DNA from: Escherichia phage vB_EcoM-569R9
Length of the DNA: 32,497 nt
Sequence record: ON470601
Strand: one strand, 5' to 3'
The translations under genes and the position numbers were made by a program. Positions 18,889 through 28,026 of this stretch are shown piece by piece (within the stretch, counting starts at the first letter, position 1; each line of letters opens with the position of its first letter). Below the pieces are notes generated by a model, which saw only the letters and a program-made list of their open reading frames with translations, had not been told where the DNA came from and did not search any database.

Positions 18889-19524
18889 ATGAACACTCTC
18901 GCAAATATTCAGGAACTCGCGCGCGCACTGCGCAACATGATTCGTACCGGCATTATCGTCGAAACCGACCTTAACGCCGGTCGCTGCCGTGTGCAGACCG
19001 GCGGCATGTGTACCGACTGGCTGCAGTGGCTGACCCATCGCGCCGGACGTTCGCGCACATGGTGGGCACCTTCCGTGGGGGAACAGGTGCTGATTCTGGC
19101 CGTGGGCGGTGAACTCGACACGGCGTTCGTTCTGCCGGGGATTTATTCCGGCGATAACCCCTCGCCGTCTGTGTCGGCGGATGCCCTGCATATCCGTTTC
19201 CCTGACGGGGCGGTGATTGAGTATGAACCCGAAACCAGTGCACTCACGGTAAGCGGAATTAAAACGGCCAGCGTGACGGCTTCTGATTCTGTTACCGCCA
19301 CGGTGCCTGTGGTCATGGTGAAAGCATCAACCCGCATCACCCTGGACACACCGGAGGTGGTCTGCACCAACAGGCTGATTACCGGCACGCTGGAAGTGCA
19401 GAAGGGCGGGACGATGCGCGGCAACATTGAACACACCGGCGGTGAACTCTCATCAAACGGTAAGGTACTGCATACCCATAAACACCCCGGCGACAGCGGC
19501 GGCACAACCGGGAGTCCTCTATGA
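18889..19524 (+). CDS. V: Baseplate central spike protein V
   Basis: 211-aa ORF; P2 V-like; first gene of the V-W-J-I-H-G operon. Confidence 0.85.
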   Translation: MNTLANIQELARALRNMIRTGIIVETDLNAGRCRVQTGGMCTDWLQWLTHRAGRSRTWWAPSVGEQVLILAVGGELDTAFVLPGIYSGDNPSPSVSADALHIRFPDGAVIEYEPETSALTVSGIKTASVTASDSVTATVPVVMVKASTRITLDTPEVVCTNRLITGTLEVQKGGTMRGNIEHTGGELSSNGKVLHTHKHPGDSGGTTGSPL

Positions 19525-19868
19525 CAGCGCGTTATCTCGGAATGAATCGCAGTGATGGCCTGACTGTCACTGACCTTGAGCATATCAGCCAGAGTATCGG
19601 CGATATCCTGCGCACACCGGTCGGCTCACGGGTGATGCGTCGTGATTACGGCTCGTTGCTGGCGTCAATGATTGACCAGCCGCAGACCCCGGCGCTTGAG
19701 TTGCAGATTAAGGTCGCCTGTTACATGTCCGTGCTGAAATGGGAACCCCGCGTCACCCTGTCATCCGTCACCACGGCGCGCAGTTTTGACGGGCGAATGA
19801 CGGTCACGTTAACCGGTCAGCACAACGACACCGGCCAGCCACTTTCGTTAACCATCCCTGTGAGTTGA
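19521..19868 (+). CDS. W: Baseplate wedge protein W (gp25-like)
   Basis: 115-aa ORF; GPW/gp25 family-like; position. Confidence 0.85.
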   Translation: MTARYLGMNRSDGLTVTDLEHISQSIGDILRTPVGSRVMRRDYGSLLASMIDQPQTPALELQIKVACYMSVLKWEPRVTLSSVTTARSFDGRMTVTLTGQHNDTGQPLSLTIPVS

Positions 19869-19872
19869 AACC

Positions 19873-20781
19873 ATGCCGATTATCGACCTGAACCAGCTAC
19901 CCGCACCGGATGTGGTCGAGGAGCTGGACTTTGAAACCATTCTCGCTGAACGCAAGGCGACACTGATTTCCCTTTACCCGGAAGACCAGCAGGAGGCGGT
20001 CGCCCGTACCCTGACGCTGGAATCCGAGCCTCTCGTCAAACTGCTGGAGGAAAATGCTTATCGTGAGCTTATCTGGCGTCAGCGTGTGAATGAGGCCGCA
20101 CGGGCGGTAATGCTGGCCTGTGCTGCCGGTAATGACCTTGATGTGATTGGTGCCAATTACAACACCACGCGCCTGATTATCACCCCGGCAGATGATTCGA
20201 CTATCCCGCCGACACCGGCAGTGATGGAATCTGACACCGATTATCGTCTGCGTATTCAGCAGGCGTTTGAAGGTTTAAGCGTCGCCGGGTCGGTGGGTGC
20301 CTATCAGTATCATGGTCGCAGTGCCGACGGGCGTGTCGCAGATATCTCTGTCACCAGCCCTTCTCCGGCCTGCGTCACCATCTCCGTGCTGTCTCGCGAA
20401 AATAACGGTGTTGCATCCGAAGACCTGCTGGCGGCGGTGCGTAACGCCCTTAATGGCGAGGACGTCAGGCCGGTGGCCGACCGCGTGACCGTGCAGTCTG
20501 CCGCCATCGTTGAATACCAGATAAACGCCACGCTTTACCTTTACCCTGGTCCCGAAAGCGAACCCATCCGCGCTGCTGCCGTGAAAAAACTGGAAGCGTA
20601 CATCACAGCACAGCACCGGCTGGGGCGCGACATCCGTCTGTCTGCCATTTATGCTGCTTTGCATGTGGAAGGCGTGCAGCGTGTCGAACTGACTGCACCG
20701 CTGGCCGACATCGTGCTCAACAGTACGCAGGCGTCTTTCTGTACCGAATACCGCGTCGTGACCGGAGGCTCGGATGAGTGA
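19873..20781 (+). CDS. J: Baseplate protein J
   Basis: 302-aa ORF; position and size match P2 J. Confidence 0.85.
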   Translation: MPIIDLNQLPAPDVVEELDFETILAERKATLISLYPEDQQEAVARTLTLESEPLVKLLEENAYRELIWRQRVNEAARAVMLACAAGNDLDVIGANYNTTRLIITPADDSTIPPTPAVMESDTDYRLRIQQAFEGLSVAGSVGAYQYHGRSADGRVADISVTSPSPACVTISVLSRENNGVASEDLLAAVRNALNGEDVRPVADRVTVQSAAIVEYQINATLYLYPGPESEPIRAAAVKKLEAYITAQHRLGRDIRLSAIYAALHVEGVQRVELTAPLADIVLNSTQASFCTEYRVVTGGSDE

Positions 20782-21304
20782 TTCGCGACTGCTGCCGACC
20801 GGCTCATCACCGCTTGAAGTTGCTGCCGCAAAAGCCTGTGCGGAAATTGAAAAAACGCCGGTCAGTATTCGTGAACTGTGGAACCCGGACACCTGCCCGG
20901 CAAATCTGCTGCCGTGGCTGGCGTGGGCGTTTTCGGTCGACAGGTGGGATGAAAAGTGGCCGGAAGCGACCAAGCGCGCCGTTATTCGCGATGCCTATTT
21001 CATCCACTGTCATAAAGGCACTATAGGCGCAATCCGGCGTGTGGTGGAGCCGCTCGGCTATCTCATTAACGTAAAGGAATGGTGGGAGACAAACGACCCG
21101 CCCGGAACCTTTCGCCTTGATATCGGTGTGCTGGAAAGCGGCATCACGGAGGAGATGTATCTGGAAATGGAACGGCTGATTGCCGATGCCAAACCCGCAA
21201 GTCGCCACCTTATCGGCCTGAACATTATCCAGGACATTCCCGGCTATCTGTATACAGGCGGTGTGGTCTGTGATGGTGATGTTATTACTGTTTATCCCGG
21301 ATAA
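20774..21304 (+). CDS. I: Baseplate/tail fibre attachment protein I
   Basis: 176-aa ORF; position and size match P2 I. Confidence 0.85.
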   Translation: MSDSRLLPTGSSPLEVAAAKACAEIEKTPVSIRELWNPDTCPANLLPWLAWAFSVDRWDEKWPEATKRAVIRDAYFIHCHKGTIGAIRRVVEPLGYLINVKEWWETNDPPGTFRLDIGVLESGITEEMYLEMERLIADAKPASRHLIGLNIIQDIPGYLYTGGVVCDGDVITVYPG

Positions 21305-21314
21305 GTGAGAAACA

Positions 21315-24050
21315 ATGAGCACGAAATTTAAAACCGTTATCACTACTGCCGGAGCCGCGAAGCTGGCAGCCGCCACTGTCCCCGGCGGGAAAAAAGTAAA
21401 CCTGTCTGCAATGGCCGTGGGTGACGGTAATGGCAAATTGCCGGTGCCGGATGCCGGTCAGACGAAGCTGGTGCATGAGGTCTGGCGTCATGCCCTGAAT
21501 AAAGTCAGCGTGGATAATAAGAATAAAAACTATATCGTGGCTGAACTGGTTGTTCCGCCAGAAGTGGGCGGCTTCTGGATGCGTGAGCTTGGTCTGTATG
21601 ACGATGCCGGAACACTGATTGCGGTATCCAACATGGCAGAAAGCTATAAGCCAGAACTGGCTGAAGGCTCCGGACGTGCGCAGACCTGCCGCATGGTTAT
21701 TATTCTCAGCAACGTGGCGTCCGTTGAGCTGAGTATTGATGCCAGCACAGTGATGGCGACGCAGGATTACGTCGATGACAAAATCGCAGAGCATGAGCAG
21801 TCCCGCCGCCATCCTGACGCCACGCTGACAGAAAAAGGTTTTACTCAGTTAAGCAGTGCAACAAACAGCACCAGTGAGTCATTGGCAGCAACGCCAAAAG
21901 CGGTCAAGGCAGCAAATGACAACGCAAATTCACGTCTGGCGAAAAATCAGAATGGTGCAGATATCCAGGATAAATCAGCTTTTCTGGACAATGTTGGCGT
22001 TACCAGCCTGACGTTTATGAAAAACAATGGCGAAATGCCGGTTGATGCTGATCTGAATACGTTTGGTCCTGTTAAGGCTTATTCAGGTATCTGGTCTAAA
22101 GCTACATCCACTAACGCGACGGCTGCTAAAAATTTCCCTGAAGACGGTGCAGTCGGTGTACTGGAGGTATTCAATGGCGGTAATTTTTCAGGAATGCAGC
22201 GTTATACCACCAGAACAGGCAATGTTTATATGCGCAACCTTTCTGGCACATGGAATGGTTCAGACGGTCCGTGGAGTTACTGGCGTCAGGTTCAGTCTGC
22301 AACACGCCCCCTGAGCACAACCATTGACCTGAACACGCTCGGAGGCGCAGAGCATCTTGGTTTATGGCGAAACAGTAGTGGCTCAATCGCTTCATTTGAC
22401 CGCAACTATCCGGAAGAAGGAAGTTATGGTCAGGGACTCCTTGAAGTTCTTGAAGGTGGTGGTTACTCGCGAACGCAGCGTTACACGACCCGCCGTGGAA
22501 ATGTTTATGTTCGCTGTCTTTCGGCCTCGTGGGATGCAGAGAACCCACAGTGGGAGCCGTGGTCAAGAGTGGGCTACCAGTCAGAAAGCCGTTATTACGA
22601 CGGTGATTTGAATGATGTAACCTCACCAGGTATTTACAGCGTTACAGGTAAAGCGACCAATGGTCCAATACTGGACGGAAACGGCGTGACAGTCCTCGGT
22701 ATTCTGGAAGTGTTGAGGCGCTTTGATGGTGTTAACGTATGGCAGCGTTATACAACTGCCGGAACAGGTACAACCCTTAAAGGTCGCACGTTTGAGCGCG
22801 TTTTTACCGGCAGCTCATGGAGCGAATGGCGGGAAGTTTACACATCTTATTCACTTCCCCTGAATCTGGGTATCGGTGGCGCAGTAGCAAAACTCACCAG
22901 CCTGGACTGGCAGACATACGATTTTGTGCCGGGCAGTCTGATAACCGTTCGGCTGGATAACATGACCAATATTCCCGACGGTATGGACTGGGGCGTCATT
23001 GATGGCAACCTGATAAACATCTCAGTCGGTCCGAGTGATGATTCTGGTTCGGGACGCTCAATGCATGTATGGCGCAGCACTGTAAGTAAAGCCAACTACC
23101 GCTTTTTTATGGTGCGTATTTCAGGAAATCCGGGAAGCCGCACGATTACAGCAAGACGAGTACCAATCATTGACGAAGCCCAGACATGGGGCGCGAAACA
23201 GACATTCAGTGCTGGCCTTTCTGGTGAACTGTCCGGCAATGCGGCGACAGCAACAAAGCTGAAAACAGCCCGTAAAATTAATAACGTTTCGTTTGATGGA
23301 ACATCAGATATTAACCTGACGCCGAAAAATATTGGTGCATTTGCTTCAGGAAAAACAGGAGACACCGTTGCGAATGATAAAGCCGTTGGATGGAACTGGA
23401 GTAGCGGAGCCTATAACGCAACTATTGGTGGGGCATCAACGTTAATTCTTCATTTTAATATCGGTGAAGGAAGTTGCCCCGCCGCCCAGTTCCGCGTTAA
23501 TTATAAGAACGGCGGTATTTTTTATCGTTCTGCTCGTGACGGTTACGGATTCGAGGCTGACTGGTCTGAGTTTTATACCACAACGCGAAAACCTACAGCG
23601 GGAGATGTCGGTGCACTGCCGTTATCTGGTGGTCAATTGAATGGTGCTCTGGGTATAGGAACATCCAGTGCTCTTGGCGGTAATTCGATTGTTTTGGGTG
23701 ATAATGACACGGGCTTTAAACAAAATGGTGATGGTAATCTGGATGTTTATGCTAATAGCGTCCATGTTATGCGCTTTGTCTCGGGAAGTATTCAAAGTAA
23801 TAAAACCATAAATATTACGGGGCGTGTTAATCCCTCGGATTACGGTAACTTTGATTCCCGCTATGTGAGAGATGTCAGACTTGGCACACGTGTTGTTCAG
23901 ACCATGCAAAAAGGCGTGATGTATGAAAAATCAGGCCATGTAATCACGGGGCTTGGTATTGTCGGTGAAGTCGATGGTGATGATCCAGCAGTATTCAGAC
24001 CAATACAAAAATACATCAATGGCACATGGTATAACGTTGCGCAGGTGTAA
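21315..24050 (+). CDS. H: Tail fibre protein H, mosaic: P2 H-like N-terminal virion-attachment region fused to a long divergent distal region with a triplicated ~50-aa repeat
   Basis: 911-aa ORF (P2 H is markedly shorter); conserved N-terminus MSTKFKTVITTAGAAKLAAATV...; three repeat units around nt 22120-22290, 22400-22570 and 22660-22840. Confidence 0.85.
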   Translation: MSTKFKTVITTAGAAKLAAATVPGGKKVNLSAMAVGDGNGKLPVPDAGQTKLVHEVWRHALNKVSVDNKNKNYIVAELVVPPEVGGFWMRELGLYDDAGTLIAVSNMAESYKPELAEGSGRAQTCRMVIILSNVASVELSIDASTVMATQDYVDDKIAEHEQSRRHPDATLTEKGFTQLSSATNSTSESLAATPKAVKAANDNANSRLAKNQNGADIQDKSAFLDNVGVTSLTFMKNNGEMPVDADLNTFGPVKAYSGIWSKATSTNATAAKNFPEDGAVGVLEVFNGGNFSGMQRYTTRTGNVYMRNLSGTWNGSDGPWSYWRQVQSATRPLSTTIDLNTLGGAEHLGLWRNSSGSIASFDRNYPEEGSYGQGLLEVLEGGGYSRTQRYTTRRGNVYVRCLSASWDAENPQWEPWSRVGYQSESRYYDGDLNDVTSPGIYSVTGKATNGPILDGNGVTVLGILEVLRRFDGVNVWQRYTTAGTGTTLKGRTFERVFTGSSWSEWREVYTSYSLPLNLGIGGAVAKLTSLDWQTYDFVPGSLITVRLDNMTNIPDGMDWGVIDGNLINISVGPSDDSGSGRSMHVWRSTVSKANYRFFMVRISGNPGSRTITARRVPIIDEAQTWGAKQTFSAGLSGELSGNAATATKLKTARKINNVSFDGTSDINLTPKNIGAFASGKTGDTVANDKAVGWNWSSGAYNATIGGASTLILHFNIGEGSCPAAQFRVNYKNGGIFYRSARDGYGFEADWSEFYTTTRKPTAGDVGALPLSGGQLNGALGIGTSSALGGNSIVLGDNDTGFKQNGDGNLDVYANSVHVMRFVSGSIQSNKTINITGRVNPSDYGNFDSRYVRDVRLGTRVVQTMQKGVMYEKSGHVITGLGIVGEVDGDDPAVFRPIQKYINGTWYNVAQV

Positions 24051-24053
24051 ATT

Positions 24054-24581
24054 ATGCAGCATTTAAAAAACATTAAGTCAGGTAATCCAAAAACAAAAGA
24101 ACAATATCAGCTAACAAAGAATTTTGATGTTATCTGGTTATGGTCCGAAGACGGAAAAAACTGGTATGAGGAAGTAAGTAATTTTCAGGAAGACACGATA
24201 AAGATTGTTTACGATGAAAATAATATTATTGTCGGCATCACCAGAGATGCTTCAACGCTCAACCCTGAAGGTTTCAGCGTTGTCGAGGTTCCTGATATTA
24301 CCGCCAACCGACGTGCTGATGACTCAGGGAAATGGATGTTTAAGGATGGTGCCGTGATTAAGCGGATTTATACGGCAGACGAACAGCAACAACAGGCAGA
24401 ATCACAAAAGGCCGCGTTACTTTCCGAAGCGGAAAGCGTTATTCAGCCACTGGAGCGCGCTGTCAGGCTGAACATGGCAACAGATGAGGAGCGTAGCCGA
24501 CTGGAAGCATGGGAACGCTACAGTGTTCTGGTCAGCCGTGTGGATCCTGCAAATCCTGAATGGCCGGAAATGCCGCAATAA
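24054..24581 (+). CDS. G: Tail fibre assembly chaperone G (Tfa family)
   Basis: 175-aa ORF immediately after H; C-terminal EWPEMP-type ending typical of tail fibre assembly proteins. Confidence 0.8.
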   Translation: MQHLKNIKSGNPKTKEQYQLTKNFDVIWLWSEDGKNWYEEVSNFQEDTIKIVYDENNIIVGITRDASTLNPEGFSVVEVPDITANRRADDSGKWMFKDGAVIKRIYTADEQQQQAESQKAALLSEAESVIQPLERAVRLNMATDEERSRLEAWERYSVLVSRVDPANPEWPEMPQ

Positions 24582-24642
24582 GTGATATGATCTCTTGTGT
24601 TAGTTAACATAGCTATAGTACAGAGTAAGGCCTAATCTGACA

Positions 24643-24666
24643 GTCCGCTCTGTGCTAGGAGCGGAC
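24643..24666 (+). other. Perfect 8-bp stem / 8-nt loop hairpin (GTCCGCTC-tgtgctag-GAGCGGAC) nested inside a larger inverted repeat (TTAACATAGC at 24604-24613 / GCTATGTTAA at 24681-24690)
   Basis: Read directly from sequence; no T-tract follows, so not a canonical intrinsic terminator. Confidence 0.5.
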
Positions 24667-24970
24667 ATTATCAACATCATGCTATGTTAATGTATAAAGT
24701 GAAGATAAATTGATATAATAAGGCCACCATGAATATTTCAGAACCTTGTCAAAAGGTTTGCACATACTCTAGTCTTGCAATGTGTAGTTGATAGTTCCAC
24801 TGAGGAGGTTCTTCGACATTCTTTATAAAAATGTACATTTTCATCAATAATAAGAGGTAAAAGGGCTTTAATAGTTTTTTGTGGATGTTATGTCCACTCA
24901 TAAATTTTGAGATAAGTATTGAGTTGAGATAAAGTTAAACTCGTTAAATTCACCTTTAAAAGGATAAAGC

Positions 24971-25522
24971 ATGGACTGGAAAGATCTTGCATCAACCGCT
25001 GTGTATACAGGTATGACTGATGAAAATGAAAACATATGGGGACGTGTTGATGGGGTTGACGTTGCCTTCATAGGTGCCTTTCTTACTGCGCACTTGAGCC
25101 TTGAAAAGTATATTACTGATTATCTTGGATTAAGATATCCTTCGTTAGCTTGGGGTGATGCAAAACTCACATTTTCACAAAAAATAGCTTTAATACAACA
25201 TGAGCCTGCAAAACCCCCTTATGATGAAATATATTTAAGAATAAAAGACTTTAACAGCATAAGAAATAAAATNNNNNNNNNNNNNNNNNNNNNNNNNNNN
25301 NNNNNNNTGAATTATCAGATTACGGATAAAGAAAAAAGTAAGTTTGTGGACTTCTACATGAAGATTACTAAAGCCAGTAAAACTAAACCAAATATTGATA
25401 TTGATAACATGGCGGATTTGTTGGATTTTTTCGTATCGATGACAAAATCCTATTTTGCTAGTGCTATTTCTTATTATCACTATAATAAAAAGGTTGCAGG
25501 TAAAAGTAATAAAATTGATTAA
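24971..25522 (+). CDS. Orphan ~180-aa cargo protein in the P2 Z/fun hotspot (interrupted by a 34-nt N-run at 25274-25307); function unknown, candidate exclusion/defence gene
   Basis: ORF with RBS AAAGGA before ATG; AT-rich; between G and FI where P2 carries Z/fun. Confidence 0.5.
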   Translation: MDWKDLASTAVYTGMTDENENIWGRVDGVDVAFIGAFLTAHLSLEKYITDYLGLRYPSLAWGDAKLTFSQKIALIQHEPAKPPYDEIYLRIKDFNSIRNKXXXXXXXXXXXXXNYQITDKEKSKFVDFYMKITKASKTKPNIDIDNMADLLDFFVSMTKSYFASAISYYHYNKKVAGKSNKID

Positions 25523-25697
25523 TAAAACTGGACTTAGGGATAATTAATATATAGACGTTCTATCATTTTTAGAGTGTGCGGCAGCTCCATACATTCATGC
25601 GGATGTCAGCACCTCGCTCAAAGCAGACAGTCAGATTTGATAGCGTTTGGACTATGTAAATAGTCAGTTGGAAAATGAGTGAGTACAAATCAGGACA

Positions 25698-25724
25698 GGC
25701 GGGCGAATTGCCCGCCTTTTCTTT
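25698..25724 (+). terminator. Rho-independent terminator downstream of the Z/fun-position cargo gene
   Basis: Hairpin GGCGGGC-gaatt-GCCCGCC followed by TTTTCTTT. Confidence 0.7.
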
Positions 25725-25820
25725 ATCTGTTGTTTCATCCACTGACCAGCCAGGTCAAATAGCGCCTCATACTCTGCACAACAGAAAATAATTGCACCCA
25801 TTAACCACGGAGTTAAACGG

Positions 25821-27011
25821 ATGAGTGACTATCATCACGGCGTGCAGGTGCTGGAGATTAACGAGGGCACCCGCGTCATTTCCACTGTATCCACGGCCAT
25901 TGTCGGCATGGTCTGCACGGCCAGCGATGCGGATGCGGAAACCTTCCCCCTCAATAAACCTGTGCTGATTACCAATGTGCAGAGCGCAATTGCAAAGGCC
26001 GGTAAAAAAGGCACGCTGGCGGCATCGTTGCAGGCCATCGCCGACCAGTCAAAACCGGTCACCGTTGTCGTGCGTGTGGAAGACGGCACCGGCGACGACG
26101 AGGAAACGAAACTTGCGCAAACCGTTTCCAATATCATCGGCACCACCGACGAAAACGGTCAGTACACCGGACTGAAAGCCCTGCTGGCGGCGGAGTCGGT
26201 AACCGGTGTTAAACCGCGCATTCTCGGTGTGCCGGGACTGGACACCAAAGAGGTTGCCGTCGCACTGGCATCAGTCTGTCAGAAGCTGCGCGCTTTCGGG
26301 TATATCAGCGCATGGGGCTGTAAAACCATTTCCGAGGTGAAAGCCTACCGCCAGAATTTCAGCCAGCGTGAGCTGATGGTCATCTGGCCGGATTTCCTCG
26401 CATGGGATACGGTCACCAGTACTACCGCCACCGCGTATGCCACCGCCCGTGCGCTGGGTCTGCGTGCCAGAATTGACCAGGAGCAGGGCTGGCATAAAAC
26501 GCTGTCCAATGTCGGGGTGAACGGTGTTACCGGCATCAGCGCCTCTGTATTCTGGGATTTGCAGGAGTCCGGCACCGATGCTGACCTGCTTAACGAGTCA
26601 GGCGTCACTACGCTGATTCGCCGCGACGGTTTCCGCTTCTGGGGTAACCGTACCTGCTCTGATGACCCGCTGTTCCTCTTTGAAAACTATACCCGCACCG
26701 CGCAGGTGCTGGCCGACACGATGGCTGAGGCGCACATGTGGGCGGTGGACAAGCCCATCACCGCAACGCTGATTCGCGACATCGTTGACGGCATCAATGC
26801 CAAATTCCGTGAGCTGAAAACAAACGGCTATATCGTGGATGCGACCTGCTGGTTCAGCGAAGAATCCAACGATGCGGAAACCCTCAAGGCCGGAAAACTG
26901 TATATCGACTACGACTATACACCGGTACCTCCTCTTGAAAACCTGACCCTGCGCCAGCGTATTACCGATAAATACCTGGCAAATCTGGTCACCTCGGTTA
27001 ACAGCAATTAA
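25821..27011 (+). CDS. FI: Tail sheath protein FI
   Basis: 396-aa ORF; P2 FI-like; followed by tail tube gene. Confidence 0.9.
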   Translation: MSDYHHGVQVLEINEGTRVISTVSTAIVGMVCTASDADAETFPLNKPVLITNVQSAIAKAGKKGTLAASLQAIADQSKPVTVVVRVEDGTGDDEETKLAQTVSNIIGTTDENGQYTGLKALLAAESVTGVKPRILGVPGLDTKEVAVALASVCQKLRAFGYISAWGCKTISEVKAYRQNFSQRELMVIWPDFLAWDTVTSTTATAYATARALGLRARIDQEQGWHKTLSNVGVNGVTGISASVFWDLQESGTDADLLNESGVTTLIRRDGFRFWGNRTCSDDPLFLFENYTRTAQVLADTMAEAHMWAVDKPITATLIRDIVDGINAKFRELKTNGYIVDATCWFSEESNDAETLKAGKLYIDYDYTPVPPLENLTLRQRITDKYLANLVTSVNSN

Positions 27012-27023
27012 GGAGCCTGACCG

Positions 27024-27542
27024 ATGGCAATGCCGCGCAAACTCAAGTTAATGAACGTCTTTCTGAACGGCTACAGCTATCAGGGCGTTGCAAAGTCCGT
27101 CACGCTGCCAAAACTGACCCGTAAGCTCGAAAACTATCGCGGTGCGGGGATGAACGGCAGCGCACCGGTAGACCTCGGCCTTGATGACGATGCGCTGTCA
27201 ATGGAGTGGTCGCTCGGTGGCTTCCCGGATTCGGTTATCTGGGAGCTTTACGCCTCAACCGGTGTGGATGCCGTGCCGATTCGTTTTGCAGGCTCTTACC
27301 AGCGCGACGATACCGGCGAAACGGTGGCCGTCGAAGTGGTCATGCGTGGACGTCAGAAAGAAATCGACACCGGCGAGGGTAAACAGGGAGAAGACACCGA
27401 GTCGAAAATCTCCGTGGTCTGCACCTATTTCCGGCTGACGATGGACGGTAAGGAGCTGGTCGAAATCGACACCATCAACATGATTGAGAAGGTGAACGGC
27501 GTCGACCGGCTGGAGCAACACCGCCGAAATATCGGCCTGTGA
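27024..27542 (+). CDS. FII: Tail tube protein FII
   Basis: 172-aa ORF; position and size match P2 FII. Confidence 0.9.
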   Translation: MAMPRKLKLMNVFLNGYSYQGVAKSVTLPKLTRKLENYRGAGMNGSAPVDLGLDDDALSMEWSLGGFPDSVIWELYASTGVDAVPIRFAGSYQRDDTGETVAVEVVMRGRQKEIDTGEGKQGEDTESKISVVCTYFRLTMDGKELVEIDTINMIEKVNGVDRLEQHRRNIGL

Positions 27543-27598
27543 TTTTCATCCGGTCAGCCTGGCTGACCGGTTAACCCTGATTCAGAAGTGAGAAAACC

Positions 27599-27874
27599 AT
27601 GAACAAAGAAAATGTCATTACCCTGGAAAATCCGGTCAAGCGTGGTGAGCAGGTCATCGAACAGGTCACGCTGATGAAACCCAATGCCGGGACGCTGCGC
27701 GGTGTCAGTCTGGCAGCGGTCGCAAACTCCGAAGTTGATGCACTAATTAAGGTGTTGCCGCGCATGACGGCACCGATGCTGACCGAGCAGGAAGTCGCCG
27801 CGCTGGAACTGCCTGACCTTGTGGCGCTGGCCGGTAAGGTGGTCGGTTTTTTGTCGCCGAACTCGGTGCAGTGA
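27599..27874 (+). CDS. E: Tail assembly chaperone E
   Basis: 91-aa ORF ending just after the slippery run; canonical position before tape measure. Confidence 0.85.
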   Translation: MNKENVITLENPVKRGEQVIEQVTLMKPNAGTLRGVSLAAVANSEVDALIKVLPRMTAPMLTEQEVAALELPDLVALAGKVVGFLSPNSVQ

Positions 27875-28026
27875 CGTTCCCGAAAAATCTCTCGGTCGAT
27901 GACCTGATGGCGGATGTGGCAGTGATATTTCACTGGCCGCCATCAGAACTGTATCCCATGAGCCTGACCGAACTCATCACATGGCGCGAAAAGGCGCTCC
28001 GGCGAAGCGGAAACACGAATGAGTAA
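27599..28026 (+). CDS. E': E+E' tail assembly chaperone produced by programmed -1 frameshift at TTTTTTG (27847-27853); the E' extension ends at 28026, overlapping the T start
   Basis: T6G slippery heptamer within the last codons of E; -1 frame is open from 27853 to the TAA at 28024-28026. Confidence 0.7.

Noticed and set aside
24582-24970. Type III toxin-antitoxin (tandem-repeat RNA antitoxin upstream of an endoribonuclease toxin)
   Set aside because: No tandem direct repeats are visible in the leader; only nested inverted repeats
24582-25522. Retron (msr/msd ncRNA plus reverse transcriptase) at the Z/fun-position island
   Set aside because: The downstream ORF is only about 180 aa and shows no reverse transcriptase motifs (no YxDD), and there is no second effector gene; the inverted repeats alone are insufficient
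25725-25820. Ogr-dependent late promoter (TGT-N12-ACA) upstream of FI
   Set aside because: I could not find an exact TGT-N12-ACA element by eye; only a looser CTGTTGT...ACAACAG inverted repeat (25727-25733 / 25778-25784) with wrong spacing. Left uncalled
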